The position numbers and the translations under genes are program-made. Of a DNA stretch of 51,120 nucleotides, positions 8,786 through 16,414 are shown in pieces. The DNA comes from Gaiellaceae bacterium (GTDB lineage Bacteria; Actinomycetota; Thermoleophilia; Gaiellales; Gaiellaceae): NCBI GenBank assembly GCA_036520235.1, contig DATDKA010000150.1, positions 1 to 51,120 on the forward strand, read 5' to 3'. The first letter of the stretch is position 1, and each line of letters starts with the position of its first letter. The notes beneath the pieces are model-generated. The model saw only the letters and a program-made list of their open reading frames with translations. It searched no databases and was not told the DNA's origin.

Positions 8786-10050
8786 CCCGCTCGCCGACGC
8801 CGAAGCTCGGGGCCTACGCCGGTCTGACGGCGCTCGGGATGCTGGCGGCGCTGGCGCTCGGCCGGCCAGAGCTCGCGGTGCTGGCCTCGCCGTTCGCGAT
8901 CGCGATCGCAGTCGGCGTGCCCTGGGCGGGCGATCCGCGCATCCGGGTCTGGGTCCGGCCTGAGCGGGACCGGATGGTCGAGGAGTCCGAGCAGGAGGTC
9001 GAGGTCGAGGTGGAGGCCGAAGCTGGGGCGCAGCGCGCCGAGGTCCTCCTCGTGCTACCGCGGGGGCTCGACGCGGTAGGCGACAACCCGGTCGCGCGGC
9101 GGCTCCCACCGCGCACGACGCGGGAGCTCACAGTCCGTGTCCGCGCCCTGCGCTGGGGCGCCTACCGGTGGGGCGAAGTCGCGGTGCGCACGACCGACCG
9201 CTTCGGGTTCTTCTCGTACGAGGAGAGGCTCGGCGAGGCCCGTCCGCTCAAGGTCTACCCGCACCCCGAGTGGCTTCGGACGATGCTCAGGCCGCTCGAG
9301 ACACAGCCGTTCGGCGGAAATCAGGTCGCGCGCTCCAAGGGCGACGGGATCGAGTTCGCCGACCTGCGGCCCTTCGTCCCCGGCGACCGGCTGCGGCGGA
9401 TCAACTGGCGGGCGAGCGCGCGCCGTGGCGACCTGTGGGTGAACGAGGCGCACCCGGAGCGCAACACCGACGTCGTGATCTTCCTGGACACCTTCGCCGA
9501 GGCACGGCGTGGCGACCTCGGGACGCTCGACCTCGCCGTGCGCGCGGCGGCGTCGCTCGCCGATCAGTACCTCTCGCACAAGGATCGAGTCGGGCTCGTC
9601 AGCTTCGGCGGGGTCCTCAACTGGCTCACCCCGGCGACCGGGCTTTCGCAGCTCTACCGGATCGTCGACTCGCTGCTCGACACGGAGATCATCCTCAGCT
9701 ACGCCTGGAAGGACATCGAGATCGTCCCGCGGCGGACGCTGCCGCCGCAGGCGCTGATAGTCGCCCTGACACCGCTCCTCGACGAACGGGCGGTCGGGGC
9801 GCTCCTCGACCTGCGGACGCGCGGTTTCGACCTTGCCGTGATCGAGGTCTCGCCGGAGCCGTTCACGCCGGTGCCGAGCGACGCGCTCGGTGAGTTCGCC
9901 CACCGGCTCTGGCGCCTCCGCCGGGAGGCTCTGCGCGACCAGTTCCGCACGCTGGGCGTGCCGATCACCGAGTGGCGGGAGGGCGTCGGCCTGCAAGCGC
10001 CGATCGAGGAGGTGAGAGCATTCAGGCGCTACGCGCGCGTGCGTCGCTGA
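8782..10050 (+). CDS. DUF58 (vWA-like) protein, MoxR partner
   Basis: TTG 8782 overlaps the moxR stop (TTGA). N-terminal TM region, then FADLRPFVPGDRLRRINWRASARRGDLWVNE, the DUF58 hallmark. Confidence 0.85.
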   Translation: MTRSPTPKLGAYAGLTALGMLAALALGRPELAVLASPFAIAIAVGVPWAGDPRIRVWVRPERDRMVEESEQEVEVEVEAEAGAQRAEVLLVLPRGLDAVGDNPVARRLPPRTTRELTVRVRALRWGAYRWGEVAVRTTDRFGFFSYEERLGEARPLKVYPHPEWLRTMLRPLETQPFGGNQVARSKGDGIEFADLRPFVPGDRLRRINWRASARRGDLWVNEAHPERNTDVVIFLDTFAEARRGDLGTLDLAVRAAASLADQYLSHKDRVGLVSFGGVLNWLTPATGLSQLYRIVDSLLDTEIILSYAWKDIEIVPRRTLPPQALIVALTPLLDERAVGALLDLRTRGFDLAVIEVSPEPFTPVPSDALGEFAHRLWRLRREALRDQFRTLGVPITEWREGVGLQAPIEEVRAFRRYARVRR

Positions 10051-10067
10051 GCTGGGGCAGCGCGTCC

Positions 10068-10538
10068 GTGCTCCTCGCCGCGGTGCTCGCCGCCGTCCCG
10101 GCGGTGCAGGATCCCACGCTGCTCGCGCTCGGCGGCGCGGCCGTGTTCGTGCTCCTCGTCGGGGTTTCCTCCGCGCGGGCACTTGCGATTCCGTGGGCGA
10201 TCGCCGGGCTCGGCGCCGAGTATGCACTTGCGCTCGGGGACGGCGGCCTCGACAGCCGCGTGCCGTTGTACGCGGTCTCGCTGCTCGTCACGGCTGAGCT
10301 TGCCTACTGGTCGGTGCAGCTCCGAGGCGCGGCCGCGGACGAGCCCGGGATGGCGCAGCGGCGCGTGATCGGCCTCCTGCTCGGCGCGACCGCGGCGCTC
10401 GTCGTCTGCACGACGCTCGTGACGCTCGCCCGGATCCAGCTCGGGGCCGGGCTGGCCGCGGAGGCGACCGGTCTGGCCGCGGCCGTCTGCGCCGTGGCCT
10501 TGCTCCTCGTCGCCGTCCGGCGTACATCTGGAGCATGA
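10068..10538 (+). CDS. Hypothetical polytopic membrane protein
   Basis: Ala/Leu/Val-rich helices. Start uncertain: GTG 10068, CTG 10047 (overlapping the DUF58 stop as CTGA), or GTG 9972 (79-nt overlap). Confidence 0.55.
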   Translation: MLLAAVLAAVPAVQDPTLLALGGAAVFVLLVGVSSARALAIPWAIAGLGAEYALALGDGGLDSRVPLYAVSLLVTAELAYWSVQLRGAAADEPGMAQRRVIGLLLGATAALVVCTTLVTLARIQLGAGLAAEATGLAAAVCAVALLLVAVRRTSGA

Positions 10539-11260
10539 GGATCGTCCTCGCGCTGATCGTGATCGCCGTCGGCCTCGTGCCGGCGGCCTCGGCGCGGTCG
10601 CCGCGCCTGGTGGAGACCTGCGTGACGATGGCGGAGCGGAGCCACGTGTTGCGGTACAGGGCCTCGGACGGCGTCAGGCTGGTCGGCCTCGAGCTCGGCC
10701 GTGGACCGCGGGGCGTCGTGCTCGCGCACGGCTACGGCGGGAACTTCTGCGAGTGGGTCGGTACCGCCCGGCGGCTCTCTCGCGCCGGCTACCGCGTGCT
10801 GGCATTCGATGTCCGGAATCACGGGTCCTCGGCTCCAGTCAGCCAGGAGGCGCGGTACCGGATCGACCGCGACGTCGCGTCGTCCGCGGCGCTACTCCGG
10901 CGCCGCGGCGCACGGACGATCGTCCTGATGGGATCGTCGATGGGGGCGAGCGCCGTCATCGCGGGCGCTGCCGTCACGTCTCCGCGGGTCGACGGGGTGA
11001 TCAGCCTCTCGAGCCCGGCAACGTTCGTCCTACTCGACGTCGAGGCGTCGGCGCGAAGGGTTACGTCCCCGACGATCTTCGTCGCCGGCGAGTTCGACCG
11101 TGACTTCGCGGCCGACGCGCGGAAGCTCTACGACGCCTCTCCTGCCGCGGACAAGCGGCTGATCATCGTCCGCGACTCCGGGGAGCACGGCTCCGGCCTC
11201 CGCAGGTACCGGTCGCTGCGGCGGGGTCTGGACGCGTTCATCGCGGCGCACTCCCGGTAG
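10535..11260 (+). CDS. Secreted alpha/beta-hydrolase (serine hydrolase)
   Basis: ATGA overlap with the upstream gene. Signal-like MRIVLALIVIAVGLVPAASA. VLAHGYGGN, nucleophile elbow GSSMGAS, C-terminal SGEHGS. Confidence 0.8.
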   Translation: MRIVLALIVIAVGLVPAASARSPRLVETCVTMAERSHVLRYRASDGVRLVGLELGRGPRGVVLAHGYGGNFCEWVGTARRLSRAGYRVLAFDVRNHGSSAPVSQEARYRIDRDVASSAALLRRRGARTIVLMGSSMGASAVIAGAAVTSPRVDGVISLSSPATFVLLDVEASARRVTSPTIFVAGEFDRDFAADARKLYDASPAADKRLIIVRDSGEHGSGLRRYRSLRRGLDAFIAAHSR

Positions 11261-11274
11261 GCTCAACGTTCGCG

Positions 11275-12312
11275 ATGGCGCAGGTGATCCCAGACGAGCG
11301 CGAGCTGCGTCGCGTCATCGGTGACGGAGAGGCTCTTCCGGACGGCGAGGTCGAGGGGCTCGGCGAGAACGACCTGATCGAGCTGTACCGCGGGATGGTG
11401 CGCCTGCGCACCTACGACGAGCGCTCGCTCGTCTACCACCGCCAGGGCCGCATCGGCACCTACGCGATCTTCTGGAACCACGAGGCGATGCAGGTGGGGT
11501 CGACCTACGCGCTCGAGCCCGAGGACTGGATCTTCCCGAGCTACCGCGAGTCCGCGATCGGGATCCTCCGCGGCCTGCCGGTCTCGACCGTCCTCTCGTG
11601 GTGGCGAGGCCACCCGGCAGGCTGGTGGAACCCGGCGGAGTACAAGGTCGCTTCGATTTGCGTCCCGATCGGGACGCACGTGCCGCACGCGGCCGGGCTC
11701 GCGTGGGGGAAGAAGCTCCGCGGCGACAAGGCGGTGGCGATCGCCTACTTCGGCGACGGCGCGACCTCGGAAGGCTCCTTCCACGAGGGCGCCAACTTCG
11801 CTGCGGTGATGCGCGCACCGGCGATCCTCTTCTGCAACAACAACGGCTGGGCGATCTCGACGCCGCTCGAGGCGCAGACCGCCGCCGAGACGCTCGCGGA
11901 CAAGGCAGCGGGGTACGGGATGCCCGGGGTGCGCGTCGATGGAGGCGATGTCCTGGCCGTCTTCGAGGCGACGCGCGAGGCGGTAGACCGGGCTCGCGCC
12001 GGTGACGGGCCGACGTTCGTCGAGGCCGTGAGCTACCGCGCGGCGCCGCACGCCACCGCCGACGACCCGACGGCGTACATCGACCTGGAGCGGGTCGAGG
12101 AGGAGAAACGGAACGAGTGCCTCGGTCGCTACGACCGGTACCTCCGGCGGGCCGGCGTGCTGGGCGACGAGCTGGCGGAGGCGATCCGCAACGAGGCGCT
12201 GGAGGAGATGCGGGCCGGGATCGCGGCGGCCGAGGCCGAACCGGACGCCGACCCGGAGCTCCTCTTCACGAATGCTTATGTCGACCCGCCGCCGTCACTG
12301 CGAGATGGCTGA
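11275..12312 (+). CDS. 2-oxoacid (pyruvate/branched-chain) dehydrogenase E1 alpha subunit, TPP-dependent
   Basis: YRGMVRLRTYDER...YFGDGATSEGSFHEGANFAAV (TPP motif). 345 aa. Confidence 0.9.
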   Translation: MAQVIPDERELRRVIGDGEALPDGEVEGLGENDLIELYRGMVRLRTYDERSLVYHRQGRIGTYAIFWNHEAMQVGSTYALEPEDWIFPSYRESAIGILRGLPVSTVLSWWRGHPAGWWNPAEYKVASICVPIGTHVPHAAGLAWGKKLRGDKAVAIAYFGDGATSEGSFHEGANFAAVMRAPAILFCNNNGWAISTPLEAQTAAETLADKAAGYGMPGVRVDGGDVLAVFEATREAVDRARAGDGPTFVEAVSYRAAPHATADDPTAYIDLERVEEEKRNECLGRYDRYLRRAGVLGDELAEAIRNEALEEMRAGIAAAEAEPDADPELLFTNAYVDPPPSLRDG

Positions 12313-13279
12313 GCGGCTTCTCGTCGAAGCGATCAACGACTGCTTCCACGTCGAGCTCGAGCGCGACGGGAACGTGATGGTGATGGGCGAGGACGTCGGG
12401 CGGGCCGGCGGGGTCTTCCGCGCCACGGCCGGTCTGCGCGACCGATTCGGCCCGGACCGCTGCGTCGACACGCCGCTGGCGGAGGCGGGCATCCTCGGCA
12501 CGGCGGTCGGCCTCTGCATGGCCGGCTGGCGTCCGGTCTGCGAGATGCAGTACGATGCGTTCAGCTACCCGTGCCTCGACCAGCTGATCACGCACGTGGG
12601 CCGGTACCGCTGGCGTACCGGCGGCGGGATGGAGTTCCCGCTGACGGTCCGGATGCCGTACGGCGGCGGCGTCCGCGCACCGGAGCTCCACGACGACTCG
12701 CCGGAGGCCTACTACGTCCACACGCCCGGGGTGAAGGTGGCCGTCCCCTCGACTCCCGCGGACGCAAAAGGCCTGCTCGCGAGCGCAATTCGGGATCCCG
12801 ATCCGGTAGTGATCCTCGAGCCGAAGCTCCACTACCGGACGATGCGGGGTGAGGTGCCGGAGGGGGAGTACATCGTCCCGCTGGGGCAGGCGCGGATCGC
12901 GCGGGAGGGGACGGACGTGACGCTTGTCGCCTACGGCTCGATGGTGCCTCTCTGCGAGCAGGCTGCGGAGTCCCTGGCCGGCGAGGCGAGTGTCGAGGTG
13001 CTCGACCTCAGGTCGCTGAAACCGCTCGACGAGGACGCGCTGCTGGCGTCGGCCGGGAAAACCGGCCGCGTTGTGATCGTCCAGGAGGCGCCGCGGATCG
13101 CCGGCTACGGCGCCGAGCTCGCGGCGATCCTGGCGGAGAAGGCGATCCTCGACCTGCGCGGGCCGGTGCTGCGGGTGACCGGCTACGACGTTCCGTATCC
13201 GTACTGGCAGATCGAGGACGAGTACATGCCGTCGGTCGAGCGGATCGGCGACGCGGTGCGCAAGCTGCTCGAGTTCTGA
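12305..13279 (+). CDS. 2-oxoacid dehydrogenase E1 beta subunit
   Basis: ATG 12305 overlaps the E1alpha stop. MAERLLVEAINDCFHVELERDGNVMVMGEDVG...DTPLAEAGILGTAVG. Confidence 0.9.
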   Translation: MAERLLVEAINDCFHVELERDGNVMVMGEDVGRAGGVFRATAGLRDRFGPDRCVDTPLAEAGILGTAVGLCMAGWRPVCEMQYDAFSYPCLDQLITHVGRYRWRTGGGMEFPLTVRMPYGGGVRAPELHDDSPEAYYVHTPGVKVAVPSTPADAKGLLASAIRDPDPVVILEPKLHYRTMRGEVPEGEYIVPLGQARIAREGTDVTLVAYGSMVPLCEQAAESLAGEASVEVLDLRSLKPLDEDALLASAGKTGRVVIVQEAPRIAGYGAELAAILAEKAILDLRGPVLRVTGYDVPYPYWQIEDEYMPSVERIGDAVRKLLEF

Positions 13280-13728
13280 TGCGGCGAGTCCTCGTCTGGC
13301 GGGGACTCGACGCGCCGAGGATGGAGATCGCGCGCGCCGACGTCGCGGACGGCGAGCTCCGCGCGGAGGGGACGCAGATCGGAGTCTCGTACGAGCTGCG
13401 GTACCGGCTCGAACCCGCGCGGCTGCGCGTCGAGGTTGCGGGCGGCCCCTCGCTCGACGTCGGCCTCGGCGGCGCGGACTGCTTCGACCTCGGCTTCTCG
13501 CCGCTCTTCAACTCGCTGCCGGTTCTGACGGGTCTCGAACAACCCACCGACTTCGTCATGTCCTTCGTTGACGTGCCGTCGCTGGGCGTCTCCCGCTCGG
13601 AGCAACGCTATGAGCCGCTCGGCGACGGCCGCGTGCGCTTCACCTCAGGGTCGCTCGTCGCCGAGCTCGCGTTCGACGACGACGGATTCGTCGTCCACTA
13701 CGAGGGCCTGGCCGAGAGGGTCGGCTGA
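13279..13728 (+). CDS. Putative glycolipid-binding-domain protein (PF06475/COG3554-like)
   Basis: TGATG overlap with E1beta. WRGLD..EIARADV..., YELRYRLE, DLGFSPLFNSLPV, SEQRYEPLGDGRVRFTS..AELAFDDDGFVVHYEGLAER match my recollection of this family. Confidence 0.6.
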   Translation: MRRVLVWRGLDAPRMEIARADVADGELRAEGTQIGVSYELRYRLEPARLRVEVAGGPSLDVGLGGADCFDLGFSPLFNSLPVLTGLEQPTDFVMSFVDVPSLGVSRSEQRYEPLGDGRVRFTSGSLVAELAFDDDGFVVHYEGLAERVG

Positions 13729-14114
13729 TGAGCGAGCGCCTTCGGCTCCTGCTCGAGCGGGGCCAGGCCGGCTACTACCTGCGCGACGCCGCGTCGGGCG
13801 AGCCGGTGCGCTGGGAGGACCCGCGGGTCACGGTCGTCCACGTTGCGGGTGTGTCTTACCGGGAGGAGGCTCTGCCGGACGCATCCTTCGACCCTGGGCG
13901 GCGGCTCGCGCTCGTCCCGGAGCCGGACAACGAGCACGATCCGAACGCGGTCGGGATCTGGAACGAGGACCGCTCGCTGCAGCTCGGCTACGTCCCGCGC
14001 GACCGGACGGCCGAGGTGCGGGGGGACGAGCAGGCGGTCTCCCTCTGGCGGGTCGAGGGCGGTCTTCGGGTACTGATCGTCCCTGCGGACGCCTGGGTCG
14101 GCACGCCGCGCTAG
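13728..14114 (+). CDS. Stand-alone HIRAN-domain protein (128 aa)
   Basis: TGATG overlap with the upstream gene. VAGVSYREEAL...LALVPEPDNEHDPNAVGIWNEDRSLQLGYVPRDRTAEV is the HIRAN core pattern. Confidence 0.7.
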   Translation: MSERLRLLLERGQAGYYLRDAASGEPVRWEDPRVTVVHVAGVSYREEALPDASFDPGRRLALVPEPDNEHDPNAVGIWNEDRSLQLGYVPRDRTAEVRGDEQAVSLWRVEGGLRVLIVPADAWVGTPR

Positions 14115-14115
14115 A

Positions 14116-14121
14116 TAGATT
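14116..14121 (+). promoter_or_regulatory. -10-like hexamer TAGATT, 9 nt upstream of the E2 ATG (leaderless candidate)
   Basis: TAGATT-CCGCGCGCC-ATG(14131). No purine-rich SD in the gap. Confidence 0.4.
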
Positions 14122-14130
14122 CCGCGCGCC

Positions 14131-15219
14131 ATGGCCTACGAGTTCAAGCTGCCCGACCTGGGCGAGGGGCTGACCGAGGGCGAGATTGCGCGCTGGCTCG
14201 TGCAGGAGGGCCAGGAGATCGCCGAGGACGACCCGCTCGTCGAGGTGCAGACGGACAAGACGACGGTCGAGATCCCGTCGCCGGCGGGCGGCAAGGTCGC
14301 ACGGATCCTCGTCGCCGAGGGCGCGGTCGTTCCGGTTGGCACCGTGCTCGTCGTGATCGGGGACGGCGCGGCACCGGCAGTGTCGGAAGAGGAGCAACCG
14401 CGCGCGGAGCCGGCTCCGGCCGCCGCGAGACCGAAGGAACCGGAGAGCCCGCGCGTCCGCGCGACGCCGCTCGTTCGCAAGGTCGCCCAGGAGCTCGGCG
14501 TCGACCTGTCGACCCTCGAGGGCAGCGGCCCGCAGGGACGCATCACCGAGGCCGACGTTCGCCGGGCAGCGTCCGGACCGGCCGAGGGACGGCGCGAGCC
14601 GCTGCGCGGCGTGCGACGGCTGATCGCCGAGCACATGGCGCGGGCGCACAGCCAGGTGCCGCCCGTGACGTGGGTGGAGGAGGCCGACCTCGGCGGCCTC
14701 GACCTCAAGCTTCTCGTCGCGACGACGCTCAAGGCCGTGGCTTCGGCGCTCCAGGAGTTCCCGGAGCTGAACGCCCGCCTGGAGGGCGACGAGATCGTCT
14801 ATCTCGACCGTTACGACCTCGGCGTCGCCGTCCAGACCGACCAGGGCCTGGTCGTTCCCGTCGTCCGCGGCTGCGACTCCCGCTCGATCGAGGAGCTCGA
14901 CGCCGACGTCCGACGGCTCGCCGACGCGGCGCGCGAGGGGGCGCTGGCGCCGGAGGACCTCCGCGGCTCGACCTTCACCGTCACGAGCGCCGGGAAGCTC
15001 GCCGGCCTCTTCCAGACACCGATCGTGAATCACCCCGAGGTGGCGATCCTCAGCGTCGGTCGCGTCGCCGAGCGCCCGGTTGTCCGTGACGGCGAGGTCG
15101 CGATCCGGCCGACCGCCTACCTGGCGCTCACCTTCGACCACCGCGTCGTGGACGGGGCGCGCGCCGCCGCCTTCGGGCTCGAGGTCATTCGCCGCCTGAA
15201 CGGCGAAGGGCCCGGCTGA
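14131..15219 (+). CDS. Dihydrolipoamide acyltransferase E2 component
   Basis: Lipoyl domain VEVQTDKTTVEIPSP, E3/E1-binding ATPLVRKVAQELGVDLSTLEGSGPQGRI, catalytic FDHRVVDGARAAAF. Confidence 0.93.
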   Translation: MAYEFKLPDLGEGLTEGEIARWLVQEGQEIAEDDPLVEVQTDKTTVEIPSPAGGKVARILVAEGAVVPVGTVLVVIGDGAAPAVSEEEQPRAEPAPAAARPKEPESPRVRATPLVRKVAQELGVDLSTLEGSGPQGRITEADVRRAASGPAEGRREPLRGVRRLIAEHMARAHSQVPPVTWVEEADLGGLDLKLLVATTLKAVASALQEFPELNARLEGDEIVYLDRYDLGVAVQTDQGLVVPVVRGCDSRSIEELDADVRRLADAAREGALAPEDLRGSTFTVTSAGKLAGLFQTPIVNHPEVAILSVGRVAERPVVRDGEVAIRPTAYLALTFDHRVVDGARAAAFGLEVIRRLNGEGPG

Positions 15220-15231
15220 CCGGGCCCTTCG
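15204..15231. terminator. Bidirectional hairpin overlapping the E2 stop codon
   Basis: CGAAGGGCCCGG (15204-15215), loop CTGA containing the stop, CCGGGCCCTTCG (15220-15231). A 12-bp perfect stem between convergent genes. Confidence 0.7.
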
Positions 15232-15270
15232 TGGGGAGGCGGGATGGGCCGCCTCGACCTTGTGTGGTGA

Positions 15271-15858
15271 CTAGTGCCGCTTCTTGTGATCCCCGTGGTC
15301 GTCGTCGTCGCCATGGTTCGAATGGTTCTGACCACGGATCTCGCCGCCCGGCGCCCGGGTGACGGTGTGCACGTTCGTGTACGTCTCGCCCCTCCTGAGC
15401 GCGCGGATCAGATCGGCGAAGTTGCCGGGCTCCACGCCCTGGGCTGCCGGTCCGGTGATGTCGTCGGCCTGGATCGTGCCGTTGACTACGGCCTCTGTCG
15501 TCTGGCCCGGCGGGCAGGGCGGCTGCGTCACGGGCGGCGGCGGGGCGGGCGGCCCGCACAGCCAGGCGCTGATGCCGCCGGACTCATGCCGCGAGCCGAT
15601 GTGGATGTGGGCCATGAACGCAGGCCCTTCCAGGTTCCTGTACTTGAGGGTGAAGCTGATCTGCGTCGGGCTGTCGATGTGGGCCGTGAACGAGCCCTTG
15701 CCCGTCGTGACCTGCGACGGATCCTCCTCCCAGCCGTTCAGCTTGGCCGAGAAGCTCTTGGCACCCCCCTTGTCGTGGCCCCGGCCCGCGAACGCGACCG
15801 CGGCAAGCGCGAGCACGCCCAGCGCCAAGACCAGTCCGAGCACTGAGATTCTCTTCAT
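15271..15858 (-). CDS. Secreted CHRD-domain protein with a His/Asp-rich C-terminal tail
   Basis: ATG 15858 preceded by AAGGAGG. Signal peptide MKRISVLGLVLALGVLALAAVAFA. CHRD-like AHIHIGSRHESGG and TNVHTVTRAPGGEIRGQ. Tail NHSNHGDDDDHGDHKKRH. Confidence 0.8.
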   Translation of the reverse strand: MKRISVLGLVLALGVLALAAVAFAGRGHDKGGAKSFSAKLNGWEEDPSQVTTGKGSFTAHIDSPTQISFTLKYRNLEGPAFMAHIHIGSRHESGGISAWLCGPPAPPPPVTQPPCPPGQTTEAVVNGTIQADDITGPAAQGVEPGNFADLIRALRRGETYTNVHTVTRAPGGEIRGQNHSNHGDDDDHGDHKKRH

Positions 15859-15980
15859 CTCCCCTCCTTGTGGGTTGTCCCCGTTGCATATACGAGGCCG
15901 AACGGAGATCGGATGGTGCGTGGGGCAGCTCGCTGCGGCTGGGAGCCACCCCACGCGCGGGTGAGGGTAGCCGTCATCCC

Positions 15981-15986
15981 TACACT
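15981..15986 (+). promoter_or_regulatory. -10-like hexamer TACACT, 8 nt upstream of ATG 15995 (leaderless candidate)
   Basis: TACACT-GCGTCGGC-ATG. No SD. Confidence 0.4.
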
Positions 15987-15994
15987 GCGTCGGC

Positions 15995-16414
15995 ATGCGG
16001 GACGTCTACTGGGTCGGTGTGTTCCTCGGCGTCGGGATCGGGATCGGAATCCTGCTGGCGGGAATCCTCGGCGCTTCGCGGGCGGCTCTTGCGGCCGCGA
16101 TCGTGGTGGCTGCGGCGCTCGGAGTAGGCCTCGGCATCGCGCTCGGCGGGATCGAAGATGCGATCGCCGGAGGGATCGGCGGCGCCCTCGGCGCGGTGGC
16201 GACGCAGCAGCTCCTGAGCGGGACCCTCCGCCGCGGTGGGACACGAACGGCTGCCGCGGCTCTCCTCGCGCTGGCCGCGCTCCTCGTCGCCCTGCTCGCC
16301 TTCGTCCCGCTCGTCGGCTACCTCGAAGCCGTCGCCCTGCCGGCGCTCGCCGCCCGCCTGCGCCGCCGCGAGCCCGCCCGCTATGCGGGGCTCCGCAGCC
16401 TCGCCCGGGACTGA
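15995..16414 (+). CDS. Gly/Ala-rich small membrane protein
   Basis: MRDVYWVGVFLGVGIGIGILLAGILG... has glycine-zipper-like helices. Its stop overlaps the next ATG (TGATG). Confidence 0.6.
   Translation: MRDVYWVGVFLGVGIGIGILLAGILGASRAALAAAIVVAAALGVGLGIALGGIEDAIAGGIGGALGAVATQQLLSGTLRRGGTRTAAAALLALAALLVALLAFVPLVGYLEAVALPALAARLRRREPARYAGLRSLARD

Noticed and set aside
13828-15141. Long antisense ORFs typical of this window (for example 13828-15141 -, 7808-9109 -, 16381-17601 -, 26201-27502 -, 30108-31325 -, 36756-38390 -, 48684-50069 -)
   Set aside because: All lie opposite well-supported genes. All are Arg/Pro/Gly/Ala-rich with no motifs. Such open shadow frames are expected at about 70% GC.
15918-15956. 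Inverted repeat GCGTGGGG...CCCCACGC in the CHRD / membrane-protein intergenic region
   Set aside because: An 8-bp stem with a 23-nt loop, GC-rich background, and no supporting context. It may be chance.
15868-16413. Long N-terminal extensions in the ORF track (15868 for the phosphodiesterase, 25964 for hemL, 34956 for the polyprenyl synthase, 36921 for menA, 37424 for the Rieske oxygenase, 19125, 29397, 48012 and others)
   Set aside because: The extensions overlap the preceding genes in another frame and are Arg-rich junk. The conserved N-termini begin at the stop/start overlap junctions used in the feature list.
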